Below are positions 8,351 through 17,478 of a stretch of 34,342 nucleotides of DNA, piece after piece. A program made the translations under genes and the position numbers. Below the pieces are notes generated by a model, which worked only from the letters and a program-made list of their open reading frames with translations, was not told where the DNA came from and ran no database searches. Source of the stretch: an uncultured Candidatus Saccharibacteria bacterium (GTDB lineage Bacteria > Patescibacteriota > Minisyncoccia > Minisyncoccales > GWA2-46-15); contig CAYTHH010000001.1 in NCBI GenBank assembly GCA_964437545.1, positions 118,036-152,377 on the forward strand. The letters are read 5' to 3'. The stretch's first letter is position 1, and each line of letters starts with the position of its first letter.

Positions 8351-9664
8351 TTAATCAAAGTCTATTTTAATCTCAATCTTTCTGTCATCTTGAGGCATTT
8401 TTTTGACTAAAGAAGGAAAGATTTTTATCCTTACTTGCGAAACCTGAGACAGCTCTTGGAAGCTTTTCTCAACCTCTTGAATTGACCTGCCTTTGAGTTG
8501 GGCTTTGATAAAGCTTATTTCCAAGTCCTGATAAACCTTGCCTGAAATCTGCAAAGACAGCTTGGCAGTAGCTAAAACCTCGTTAATCTCTTCAACTAAA
8601 GCATTTGTCTTAATGCTGTCAGATAAGAATTTTTGATCTTCGGGCAATTCAGCAATAAAATATGCCAGGCTTATTTCTTTTAAGTCTTCTTCGGCCAAAA
8701 GAATCGCTTGACCCCTGGCCTTAACTTGATAAGTGAAAGTCTCAGCGGCCTGACCAGCCTTAATATCAGTGCCGTCATCAATAATGACTGGATTCGCTTC
8801 TTGAACCAAAACCAATTCGGGTAAAGCCCTGTCTTTAAAAACATTATCGATCTTTTTCTTAGCTTCAGCTATTAAGGATTTTTTAGCTTCTTCTAAATCA
8901 GTTTCAGAAACAGATAGGCTTTCTCCCTTAAATCCTCCTGTCATGGGATCTGAAGACTTGGCATAAAAGGCAGTATATCTTGGAGTGCCGGCAAATCCAG
9001 GAATGGAAAAGGTCGAGTTGCCAATATTATAATCAGGACCGGCAATATCGGCTCTGACCAAAACATCAATTGTTCCCGGAACTAATCTGCCATTTTCCAT
9101 AGTTTGTCCTGGGACAACCGTTGCTTCCACCATCCTGAATAGTTTTCCCTCATCAGAAACAAACCTGGTAGTAGCCACTAATGGCTGACTGGCAGTAGAA
9201 TAATTATTATAAATACGAATTATGCCTTCGGCCTTAACTTCTTTTACAGCTCTACCGGTAGCCTCAAACTCTTCTGAAAAAACTTGCTCTTCTGTAATAA
9301 TTCTTCCAGGTAAAAGATGATTTAAAGCATCGACGGTTTTTATCTCTTTGTTAATCTCAACTTTCTGGTCTACGTTTAAATCATTGGTTTTGAGGCAAAT
9401 CTCAATTTTCACTATCGGCAAGAAAAAGTAAGCGCTAACTACCCCAGCAAGTAAGATAATTACCAAAGCCCCGATAATAATGGCTTTCTTTTTTGGCAAC
9501 CTTATTGGCTTTGGCTGAGGCGGCTTGATATCCTCCTCTTCTTCTTCTGGTTCTAATTCATTAACAACAGACTCTGACTCAACCACAGGCTTTGTTTCCA
9601 TTTCTTCTGCCACTGGCTCTGAACGGCTTAGCGGAGGAATAATATCAAATATTTTCTTGTCCAC
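8351..9664 (-). CDS. Membrane-anchored baseplate J/gp47-like protein of the type common in CPR
   Basis: Acidic N-terminus, TM helix, ATG...KAEG.I.IYN, QPLVATTRF, G..YNI, F.IPG, MTGG pattern; GTG start. Confidence 0.65.
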   Translation of the reverse strand: MDKKIFDIIPPLSRSEPVAEEMETKPVVESESVVNELEPEEEEEDIKPPQPKPIRLPKKKAIIIGALVIILLAGVVSAYFFLPIVKIEICLKTNDLNVDQKVEINKEIKTVDALNHLLPGRIITEEQVFSEEFEATGRAVKEVKAEGIIRIYNNYSTASQPLVATTRFVSDEGKLFRMVEATVVPGQTMENGRLVPGTIDVLVRADIAGPDYNIGNSTFSIPGFAGTPRYTAFYAKSSDPMTGGFKGESLSVSETDLEEAKKSLIAEAKKKIDNVFKDRALPELVLVQEANPVIIDDGTDIKAGQAAETFTYQVKARGQAILLAEEDLKEISLAYFIAELPEDQKFLSDSIKTNALVEEINEVLATAKLSLQISGKVYQDLEISFIKAQLKGRSIQEVEKSFQELSQVSQVRIKIFPSLVKKMPQDDRKIEIKIDFD

Positions 9665-9714
9665 GTCTTTATTTTAACAGTTTTTAAGGATTATGTCTTT
9701 ATTCTAATACTTTT

Positions 9715-11511
9715 TTATGAATTCTCCAATGCCCCTCGGATCCTTCTGATCCCTTTGGCAACTGCTTCTTCTTTAATAATTTTAAATATTCCTAATTCAG
9801 AAGTATTACTGACATGAGGGCCGCCGCAAACTTCTTTACTAAAATCGCCGATCTTGTAAACTTTAACTTTATCTGCATATTTATCTCTAAAGAAAGCAAC
9901 GGCGCCACTTGCCAAGGCCGCATCTTTATCCATTATTTCAAACGAAACTTCGAGATTTTGTTTTATCTTTGCATTAATCAAATCTTCAACTTCTTTTAAT
10001 TGATCTGGTGTCAATTTCTGATCATGGGAAAAATCAAATCTTAATCTCTCGGCAGTAATATTACTACCCTCTTGTCTTACTTGAGAATTTAAAACTTGTC
10101 TTAAAGCCGCATGTAAAAGATGGGTAGCGGTATGAAGCTTAACCACTTCATGGCTTTGATCTGCCAAACCACCTTTAAACATGCCTGCGGCTGCCTGACG
10201 GGAAATGTCCTGATGTTTTTTCTGCTCTTGCTCAAACTCCTCAAGATTAAACTCCTGTCCCCTTTCTTTAACAATTTCTAAAATCATTTCCAAAGGAAAA
10301 CCAAAGCTTTCGTAAATGTAAAATGCAGTTTTACCGTCAAGTTTTTCAACTTTGTCAATCTCTTTAAAACCGTTTCTTAAAGCTTTGTCAAAACGGTCAG
10401 CTTCTTGCTGGAAAGCAATTAAGATTTCCGCTTCCTTGTCTTTAAGGTCCGGAAAAATATCATCATAGGTTTTACAAACCATTCCAACTAAAGATTTTAG
10501 ATAATAACTTTCTATTAAGTTAAGTCTTCTGGCAAAAAGCATAGCTCTTCTCAATAGTCTTCTTAAAATATATCCCTGGGTTTTGTTTGAAGGCTGAATC
10601 CCCTCTCTGGCGATCATGACCGCCGCCCTGAAATGATCAGCCATAATTCTCATCGCCCGAGAAGTATTTTTATCGCTTAAATAATCTTTTTTAGATAAAG
10701 ATTGGATTATTTCAATCAAGGGCCAAAGCAGGTCAATCTGGAAAATATCAGGATTATTATTAACAGCCGCCACTAATCTTTCTAAGCCGCCGCCGAAGTC
10801 AACATTCTTTTGCAGCAATTCTTTGAAGGAGCCGTCAACTTGTTTTTGATACTGGATAAAAACTGAGTTGCCTATTTCCAGAAACCTGCCGCAATCGCAG
10901 TTAGGATGACAGCTAGAACCATATTTCAAATCATGAGCAACCTGCTTGAATTCATAAAAGATTTCAGAATCCAGACCGCCGATGTCTCCTACGGGCATTG
11001 ACTCAGGCGGACCAGATATTGACCACCAATTCTTTTCAACTCCATAAGAAAAAATTCTTTCTGAAGGAATCCCTAAATTTTTCCAAATAGTCAGAGATTC
11101 TTCATCTTGAGAAATACCAGTTGCCTTATCTCCTTTAAAAACTGAAACCCAAAGCTTGTCTTTTGAAAGACCCAGTTCCTGTGTCAAAAACTCATAAATC
11201 CAAGGCAATTGTTCTGCTTTAAAATAGTCTCCCAAAGACCAATTTCCTAACATTTCAAAAAAGGTAGTGTGACGGTTATCACCAACTTCTTCAATATCCT
11301 GTAATCTTAAAGACGGCTGGGAATTAACAAGTTTTTTGAATCCGGAAGAGTGTGGTTTACCTGAAAAATAAGGTATCAAAGGCTGCATACCACAAGAAGT
11401 AAATAATGTGGTCGGGTCTTCAGTCAACACCAAGGGCGCTGGAGTAATTACCTTATGTCCTCTCTTCTTAAAAAATTCAAAATATTTCTGTCGTACTTCT
11501 CTGGAAGTCAT
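9715..11511 (-). CDS. alaS: Alanine--tRNA ligase, short form lacking C-Ala domain
   Basis: HTTFFEMLGNWS.GDYFK, DFGGGLERL, editing HTATHLL and EVCGGPH; 598 aa. Confidence 0.96.
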   Translation of the reverse strand: MTSREVRQKYFEFFKKRGHKVITPAPLVLTEDPTTLFTSCGMQPLIPYFSGKPHSSGFKKLVNSQPSLRLQDIEEVGDNRHTTFFEMLGNWSLGDYFKAEQLPWIYEFLTQELGLSKDKLWVSVFKGDKATGISQDEESLTIWKNLGIPSERIFSYGVEKNWWSISGPPESMPVGDIGGLDSEIFYEFKQVAHDLKYGSSCHPNCDCGRFLEIGNSVFIQYQKQVDGSFKELLQKNVDFGGGLERLVAAVNNNPDIFQIDLLWPLIEIIQSLSKKDYLSDKNTSRAMRIMADHFRAAVMIAREGIQPSNKTQGYILRRLLRRAMLFARRLNLIESYYLKSLVGMVCKTYDDIFPDLKDKEAEILIAFQQEADRFDKALRNGFKEIDKVEKLDGKTAFYIYESFGFPLEMILEIVKERGQEFNLEEFEQEQKKHQDISRQAAAGMFKGGLADQSHEVVKLHTATHLLHAALRQVLNSQVRQEGSNITAERLRFDFSHDQKLTPDQLKEVEDLINAKIKQNLEVSFEIMDKDAALASGAVAFFRDKYADKVKVYKIGDFSKEVCGGPHVSNTSELGIFKIIKEEAVAKGIRRIRGALENS

Positions 11512-11512
11512 A

Positions 11513-11670
11513 CCAGGTAGTAGAAACTCGACTATTAGGAGAGCGAAGCTCTCTAGTCGATTTGCAAAATTACTTATCTTTTAATTATTTACTTTGCCAG
11601 ATAAATTCAGATATTACAGTAAAGCTTGTCGAGTTTCTACTATCCGAATAACGGATAATAGAATACCTGG
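11513..11670. mobile_element. CCAGGTAG-ended inverted-repeat element at the alaS start codon, flanked by CATA direct repeats
   Basis: TIR CCAGGTAGTAGAAACTCGAC / GTCGAGTTTCTAC-(23 nt)-TACCTGG; CATA at 11509-11512 and 11671-11674; homologous to 24031-24167. Confidence 0.8.
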
Positions 11671-11723
11671 CATATTCCATAATAACAAAAAAACAGCTGT
11701 TTAAAAAGTTGTTTTAAAAAATA

Positions 11724-11755
11724 AAATCAGCTACCGATGTTTTGGTAGCTGATTT
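11724..11755. terminator. Intrinsic terminator downstream of the orphan ORF
   Basis: AAATCAGCTACC / GGTAGCTGATTT 12-bp stem with A/T-rich flanks. Confidence 0.7.
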
Positions 11756-11796
11756 GTTTGAAAGAACTATTTAGGAGAGGAACGGCTCTCCTTTTT

Positions 11797-12162
11797 TTAT
11801 CCTTCTTTATAGTCTTCGGCTTTAACAGCCCAAAGACTATTTTCTCGGGCTAAATATTCTCTAGCCCGAGGTTTAACGTTAAAACCAAAGGTTTCTGCCA
11901 GGACGTGAGCTTTCCAAAAGCTCTTTTTCGTCTTGGCAACGCGAGCCCTTTGGGCTCGTAGCCCACGAATGCTGGCTCGAGCAATTTTAGCTGAATCTGG
12001 AGTCCCAAGCTCTTGCTCTTCGCAAGAGCATTGGAGCAAAAATTTCTCAGCTAAGTCGCTAAGAACCAGGTCTATAATCGCCTGGATTTGTTCTACCTCC
12101 CTTTCGTCTCTGACCTTTGGGTTGAGCCCAAAGGTCTTTTTAAAACTTAATTTTTTAAACAT
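11797..12162 (-). CDS. Hypothetical protein (121 aa)
   Basis: ATG 12162 preceded by SD GGAAGGAG; own promoter and terminator; no recognisable motif. Confidence 0.65.
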   Translation of the reverse strand: MFKKLSFKKTFGLNPKVRDEREVEQIQAIIDLVLSDLAEKFLLQCSCEEQELGTPDSAKIARASIRGLRAQRARVAKTKKSFWKAHVLAETFGFNVKPRAREYLARENSLWAVKAEDYKEG

Positions 12163-12337
12163 TATTATCTCCTTCCCAGCTTCTTTGGCTGGGACTAATA
12201 TTTTACCAACGTTCTTTGCGTTGGGCGTTTGACACGCTTCCTTCCGTCCACAGAGGAAGCTACTCAAACAGCAATTTGACTAAAACTCAGTTTCAAGCAA
12301 ATTGCTGTTGACTAACTTCTACTCTTGTCTTTATTCA

Positions 12338-12406
12338 TTTTCAAAGAACATTTCTTTTTCTCTTTCTTCTTATCTAAACTATAGCACAGATTATTATGTT
12401 TGTCAA
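12338..12406 (-). promoter_or_regulatory. Sigma70 promoter followed by boxA-like sequence
   Basis: TTGACA(12401-12406)-N17-TATAGT(12378-12383) with extended TG; TGTTCTTTGAAAA at 12338-12350. Confidence 0.65.
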
Positions 12407-12435
12407 TAGTAAAACAACCTTTGTATCCATATCTG

Positions 12436-13509
12436 CTAATTAATAATTCCCCCTCCTAAGAGTTCTTTGTTTTTGTAGAAAACAATTGTTTGACCCGGAG
12501 TAATCGCCCTTTCGGGCTTTTTAAATTTAAAGAGGACTTGATTAGGTTTTTTGGTTTTGCAAAGTATTCCTGCTGCTTCCTTTTGCCTGGAACGGATCTT
12601 GGCCTTAACTTTAAGAGGAAAAAACAATTTCTTACCTGAAATGAAATTAAGGTTTCCTGCCAATAATTCTTTAGAAAACAAATCTTTTTGTTTTTTTGTC
12701 AGAATCAGAATATTCTTTTTTGCATCTTTTTTCAAAACATAGTAAGGGCCTGAACTTCTTTCTTTTGGAAAAAGACTTGGAATAATCCCCTGTCTCTGGC
12801 CTATGGTATAAAGGCCTAATCCCTGATGTTTGCCAATTACCCTTCCCTGAACATTAATAATCTTACCCGGCTTCATTTTTAAATTAAGCTTTAAAAAAGA
12901 ATTAGCGTTATCAGCTAAAAAACAAAGGTTTTGGCTTTCTTTGGTTCTTGCCGTGATTAGTTTATGTTTTCTTGCCAAACTTCTGACTTCTGCCTTGGTA
13001 TAGTCTCCTATTGGAAAAAGGGTTTTTGCCAGCTGGTTCTGGTTTAATTTCCAGAGAAAGTAAGACTGATCCTTTTCCTTGTCTTTAGCTTTTAGCAATC
13101 TGAATAATCCTTTGTTAAAATCTTTTTTAGCATAATGCCCGGTAGCAATAAAGTCAGCCCCCATGCTAACGGCTTTTTCCAAAAACAACCCGAGTTTCAC
13201 TTTTTTATTGCAAACAACACAAGGATTGGGAGTTAATCCTTGTTTGGCTTGTTTTAAGAAATAACCAACGACTTCTTTTTTAAACTCTTTTTGAAAATCA
13301 AAAATATAGAAAGGAATTTTAAGGCTTCTGGCAACAATCCTGGCCCTTTTTTCAGATTCCAAGGTATAACAGATATTTTGTCTGGAAAACCCGGCATCTT
13401 GCCAAAACTTCATAAAAACCCCAATTACCTCATAACCTGCTTTTTTTAGCAGCCAAGCAGCTACTGACGAGTCTACGCCTCCTGATAAAGCTACAAACAC
13501 CTTAGCCAT
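12436..13509 (-). CDS. mnmA: tRNA 2-thiouridine(34) synthase
   Basis: ALSGGVDSS, TPNPCVVCN, IATGHYA, KDQSYFL, ESQNLCF, YTIGQR, ITPGQ; start MAKVF at 13509. Confidence 0.97.
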   Translation of the reverse strand: MAKVFVALSGGVDSSVAAWLLKKAGYEVIGVFMKFWQDAGFSRQNICYTLESEKRARIVARSLKIPFYIFDFQKEFKKEVVGYFLKQAKQGLTPNPCVVCNKKVKLGLFLEKAVSMGADFIATGHYAKKDFNKGLFRLLKAKDKEKDQSYFLWKLNQNQLAKTLFPIGDYTKAEVRSLARKHKLITARTKESQNLCFLADNANSFLKLNLKMKPGKIINVQGRVIGKHQGLGLYTIGQRQGIIPSLFPKERSSGPYYVLKKDAKKNILILTKKQKDLFSKELLAGNLNFISGKKLFFPLKVKAKIRSRQKEAAGILCKTKKPNQVLFKFKKPERAITPGQTIVFYKNKELLGGGIIN

Positions 13510-13510
13510 A

Positions 13511-14020
13511 TTATGAAAAATGGTCAGCCACGCATGAAGCTGCAAAAGCCTCGGGCTTTATCTTTAATTCAAAGCCGTTGCTGCGAATAATCCCGGCCAC
13601 CTCTTTAACCATTTCCTTGGTCTGGCCGCTTTCACCAACATCAGCGTGAATATAGCGAAATTGATAATTCGGAATAGTTTTTAATCCAATAATCCTTTCT
13701 TCTAAGGCCTCTCTTAAGTTAAGAGCCAATTCGCAGGACAAATAAACTTCTTCAAGAATCCTGGTTTTCCAATGATAAAACTTCTTATTCTGATAACTTA
13801 TTTTTTTGAGAAAAAACCTGCCTCCAAAGCCTGTTTTCAACACCACCACCACTAAAGGAAATTCTGGAAAGTCAGATGAAGCAGAATCACAACCGACAAT
13901 AACGTCATAAAACACCTCAGGACCTTGCTGAATGTATTCTAAAAGCTCGTCAATCATCTCATTAAATGAAAGATGGCCTTTACTGGGGTTATAGAAATCT
14001 TTTTCTGAAGATGAATCCAT
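13511..14020 (-). CDS. RNase H-like YkuK (DUF458) family protein
   Basis: IVGCDS, G.GGRFF, RILEEV.LS, IHADVG..G.T, IKPEAFAAS.VAD. Confidence 0.85.
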   Translation of the reverse strand: MDSSSEKDFYNPSKGHLSFNEMIDELLEYIQQGPEVFYDVIVGCDSASSDFPEFPLVVVVLKTGFGGRFFLKKISYQNKKFYHWKTRILEEVYLSCELALNLREALEERIIGLKTIPNYQFRYIHADVGESGQTKEMVKEVAGIIRSNGFELKIKPEAFAASCVADHFS

Positions 14021-14076
14021 GATCTTTTCCAATAGTGAGCAGGATGCTCAATATATCATACTCGCTATACCAATGA

Positions 14077-14799
14077 TCAAATCTTTAATGCTTCTTTTAT
14101 TTTCGCGGGATTTAATGAGGCCTGGCCAATAACAACTCCGTTAATCTCTTTTTGATTCAAATACTGCTTCAGATTAACCTCGTTAACGCTGCCTCCATAA
14201 ATAATACAAGGGGCTGATAAAGCATATTTCTTTTTTAAAAAGTCTTTGATTAGAACTAATTTTTCCTTAATTCTGGTCATGGATAATAACTTGCCACCTT
14301 GAGTGCTAATTGAAAAAGCCGGTTCATAAACAAACAAGATCTTTTTCAAATTTTTTTTATCAATGCTCTTGAGAACCAAATCAAGGCCAGCTGTTATTTC
14401 TTTATCTGAATCTTTTTTTGTTTCTCCAAAGAATAATAAGGGCTTAAGGTTAGCCATCAAAGCAGCTTTTAATTTCTCAGCAATTATTTTATCAGTCTCG
14501 TTAAAAAACCTTCTTCGCTCTGAATGACCCACTAATACATAACCACAACCAACACCTTTTAGCATTAAGGGTGAAATTTCTCCAGTGTATGGCCCCACCC
14601 CTGATACCCAAAAACAGTTTTGCCCGCAAGTCTCAATTTTAAAATCTTTCTTAATCTTTTCTAAAAAAACAAATGGAGCGCAAACAACAACTTGATGCTT
14701 GCTTAAAAAAGCGCTTTGTTTTAATGGCGACATTAAGTTTAAAACCCCTTTCCAGTTTAAAGGATAACATTTCCAGTTTAAAAAAATGTATTTTTTCAT
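14077..14799 (-). CDS. tpiA: Triosephosphate isomerase
   Basis: NWK, GPYTGEIS, GHSERR, YEP, YGGSV; start may extend to TTG 14826. Confidence 0.93.
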   Translation of the reverse strand: MKKYIFLNWKCYPLNWKGVLNLMSPLKQSAFLSKHQVVVCAPFVFLEKIKKDFKIETCGQNCFWVSGVGPYTGEISPLMLKGVGCGYVLVGHSERRRFFNETDKIIAEKLKAALMANLKPLLFFGETKKDSDKEITAGLDLVLKSIDKKNLKKILFVYEPAFSISTQGGKLLSMTRIKEKLVLIKDFLKKKYALSAPCIIYGGSVNEVNLKQYLNQKEINGVVIGQASLNPAKIKEALKI

Positions 14800-14822
14800 A
14801 TTTTTATTAATAAACGTAGTTT

Positions 14823-15293
14823 TCAAGCTCCGCTTATAAAATTAATTAATCCCAAAGAAAGTAAAGAAACAATAATCCCGGATATTAAGGTTCCAAAGAA
14901 AACCAGCCAGATTCCTTTTTTAGCCGGCACTTCCAGAATTAAACTGGCGATAGCTCCTGTCCAACCACCTACTAATGGAATAGGCAGAGCAGTTAAAATC
15001 AGTACAGTTAAATCACAGCCCATTTTCCCTAAGAGCAGATTTGCTTTTTTACCAATTTTGAAAAATAGCCAATCAAAAAACTTTTTAAAGAATAAACATT
15101 CCCTGGAAAGAAAATTAGCAATCGGCCTACCCAGAAAAATAATTCCCCATAAAGGCACTAAATTCCCGGCTACTGATAAACCATATGCTTTCCATAATGG
15201 CAAATTATATGCTTTCAAAGCCACAGGGATAGCACCCCTAAGCTCAATGATCGGCGACATGGCAATTAAAAAAGTCTTTAATTCGGGGATCAT
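14823..15293 (-). CDS. Small multi-drug export family membrane protein
   Basis: PIIELRGAIP, GNL.P, PIPL.GGWTG. Confidence 0.85.
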   Translation of the reverse strand: MIPELKTFLIAMSPIIELRGAIPVALKAYNLPLWKAYGLSVAGNLVPLWGIIFLGRPIANFLSRECLFFKKFFDWLFFKIGKKANLLLGKMGCDLTVLILTALPIPLVGGWTGAIASLILEVPAKKGIWLVFFGTLISGIIVSLLSLGLINFISGA

Positions 15294-15319
15294 AACTGAT
15301 GATTATATGAATTTAAGAA

Positions 15320-16051
15320 TTATAGGTTATACTTGTCAGTAATTAAGTTCCACCTAATTTGTAAAACCTCAAAAAAAGTCTTAATAATTTCAGACAATCT
15401 GAAGTTTGATCTGAAATCATTCTTCCAAATAACCGGAATCTCTTTGATTTGATAACCAAGCTTTTTAGCCAAGGCCAGAGATTCAACATCAAAACCCCAG
15501 CGATTAATCGTAGTTTTACTGAAAATATTCTGGGCTGAGTCAGCGGTAAAACACTTAAAACCGCACTGACTGTCCCAAATGCCGTTAAGTCCGCCAACGG
15601 TTTGAATAACAAGATTTCCAGTTTTACCAACGAGTTTTCTTAACCATGGCTGGCTTGGACTAACCACAGCCCCCTTAATAGCTCTGGATCCAATCACTAC
15701 TTCATAACCTTGTTTCAAAATAGGCCAGACTTTTTCTACTTGATCAATAGAAACAGAATTATCGGCGTCAGTAAAAAGACGATATTGGCCCAAGGCTTCA
15801 AGCATACCCTGTTTAACAACAAACCCTTTGCCATGGTTTTTTGGGTTATTAAGCAATTTTAAATTAGCTATTTTAAATTTAGCTTTTTCTACCAATTGAG
15901 CAGTATTATCCCGAGAGCCGTCATTAACAACCATAATCTCGTAAGAATAAGATTGTGTCTTTAAATAAGCGTCAATTTCTTCTAGGGTTTTATTCAGTCG
16001 ACTTTCTTCGTTGTAGGCAGGAATAATAACTGATAAATAAACTTTGTTCAT
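15320..16051 (-). CDS. GT2 glycosyltransferase (polyprenol-phosphate glycosyltransferase-like)
   Basis: SVIIPAYNE, VNDGSRD, GKG, FTDAD, DSQCGFK, WGFDVE. Confidence 0.9.
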   Translation of the reverse strand: MNKVYLSVIIPAYNEESRLNKTLEEIDAYLKTQSYSYEIMVVNDGSRDNTAQLVEKAKFKIANLKLLNNPKNHGKGFVVKQGMLEALGQYRLFTDADNSVSIDQVEKVWPILKQGYEVVIGSRAIKGAVVSPSQPWLRKLVGKTGNLVIQTVGGLNGIWDSQCGFKCFTADSAQNIFSKTTINRWGFDVESLALAKKLGYQIKEIPVIWKNDFRSNFRLSEIIKTFFEVLQIRWNLITDKYNL

Positions 16052-16075
16052 TGCCCTATTTTAGCATAACCAAGC

Positions 16076-16819
16076 CTATCTTGTCAGAATCTTGGGTTCT
16101 TTGGAAGTAATAGCTATCATATCTTCAAAATGACAAGCTAAAGAATTATCAGTAGTTTTATAGGCAAAACCGTCCTTAGCTTTTTCCAGCTGCCAACTCC
16201 CAACTGTTACCATTGGCTCAATGCAGATAACCATGCCTGGCTTGATTTCCGGGCCCGTGCCTCTTTTGCCAAAATTAAGAACCTGAGGCTCCTCGTGAAT
16301 TTCTTTGCCAATACCATGGCCGCAAAGCTCTCTGACAACGTTAAAGCCATTAGATTCAGCTATATCCTGAGTAATCCATTCAATGTCGCCAATATGGTTC
16401 CCTGGCTTGGCATATTTAATAGCTGCATCTAAAGCTTGCTTAGTAACCTTAATAAGCTTTTTTTGAAGTTTGTTGGGTCTGCCCACTACCGCTGTCCTAG
16501 CCATATCAGCCTGATAACCCTGATAACAAAGCCCTAAGTCAAAAGAAATCATATCCCCTATCTTTAAAACCCGATCTGATGGCAAGCCATGAACAACTTC
16601 TTCATTAATAGAAACGCAAAGAGAATTGGGAAAACCGTCATAACCTTTAAAAGACGGCGTACTGCCCGATTCTAAAATGAGACGCTCGGCAAGCTCGTCT
16701 AATTCTATGGTTTTAATGCCTGGCTTGATCTGCTCGGCGATCTTTTTCATGATCTGAGCCAAGATTTGGCCGGCTTCAGCCATAATTTGGATTTCTTTCC
16801 GCGTTTTAATGTTAATCAT
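16076..16819 (-). CDS. map: Methionine aminopeptidase type I
   Basis: SINEEVVHG.P, DMART, GHGIG..IHEEP, IEPM, HFED. Confidence 0.97.
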   Translation of the reverse strand: MINIKTRKEIQIMAEAGQILAQIMKKIAEQIKPGIKTIELDELAERLILESGSTPSFKGYDGFPNSLCVSINEEVVHGLPSDRVLKIGDMISFDLGLCYQGYQADMARTAVVGRPNKLQKKLIKVTKQALDAAIKYAKPGNHIGDIEWITQDIAESNGFNVVRELCGHGIGKEIHEEPQVLNFGKRGTGPEIKPGMVICIEPMVTVGSWQLEKAKDGFAYKTTDNSLACHFEDMIAITSKEPKILTR

Positions 16820-16887
16820 TTGTCTTATTAATATCTTTTATCAATATTTTTTATTTCATTGTTTTTTATTCATTTAAGACAAATCGC

Positions 16888-16925
16888 CATACCCACTTTT
16901 TCACGATCGTAATAATTTGGGTATG
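16888..16925. repeat. 38-bp palindromic repeat, downstream copy
   Basis: CATACCCACTTTTTCACGATCGTAATAATTTGGGTATG; 34/38 identical to 17479-17516. Confidence 0.9.
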
Positions 16926-16933
16926 ATAACAAA

Positions 16934-17476
16934 TTAAATAGCTTCAACCTCTTCTATTAAAAATACCCGTACTGATTTTTCCAGAAAAAGTCCTTGGGAT
17001 AATTTTTGCACTTTTTCCAGAACATCATAGGGAGATATCCAAATACTCTTTTGAAACATTTGAAAGCCCAGGCTCCGCAAAAGTGAACGAAGCCGATCTC
17101 TAATTTTTCTTCTTTTCTCAGGAATATCAAATACTACCATCACCCATTTACCATCCGATCTTTTCTTCTTTTCCGTTAATTTCATTCTGATTCGTAAAAT
17201 TTTCTCTGCCCCTCGAGGAGTTATCAATACCCCCTTTTTTCCTTTAATTTCTTTGACAGTAACGAAACCTGCTTTCTTTAAACGATAAATTAGTTTGGAA
17301 AGATTTCTCTTTAATTTTTTTTTCTCGAATCTGCGTCGAACCTGAATCATTTCAGGCCACAATCCTTCTTTCATACTGCGGGGAACTCCAAAAATAATGT
17401 CGCCAAAAGCCTCATCAATGCTAACACAAAGATCAAAAATATCACAAAGTAATTCTTCCGAAAAAGATATTTTCAT
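16934..17476 (-). CDS. PaaX-like protein: wHTH plus Cas2-like ferredoxin domain (often annotated CRISPR-associated Cas2)
   Basis: IYRLKKAGFV...ITPRG (wHTH); DGKWVMVVFDIPEKRR..RD.LR..L..LGF...QKSIWISP. Confidence 0.85.
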   Translation of the reverse strand: MKISFSEELLCDIFDLCVSIDEAFGDIIFGVPRSMKEGLWPEMIQVRRRFEKKKLKRNLSKLIYRLKKAGFVTVKEIKGKKGVLITPRGAEKILRIRMKLTEKKKRSDGKWVMVVFDIPEKRRKIRDRLRSLLRSLGFQMFQKSIWISPYDVLEKVQKLSQGLFLEKSVRVFLIEEVEAI

Positions 17477-17478
17477 TA

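Noticed and set aside
9715-11511. alaS as a truncated pseudogene
   Set aside because: Catalytic and editing motifs are intact; short AlaRS lacking C-Ala is common in CPR.
11513-11670. T-box riboswitch upstream of alaS
   Set aside because: No T-box consensus or terminator visible, and the same element occurs at rpsQ.
2603-17476. CRISPR-Cas system suggested by Cas4-like and Cas2-like genes
   Set aside because: The genes are 13.6 kb apart with no cas1, effector or repeat-spacer array; both belong to families known to occur alone.
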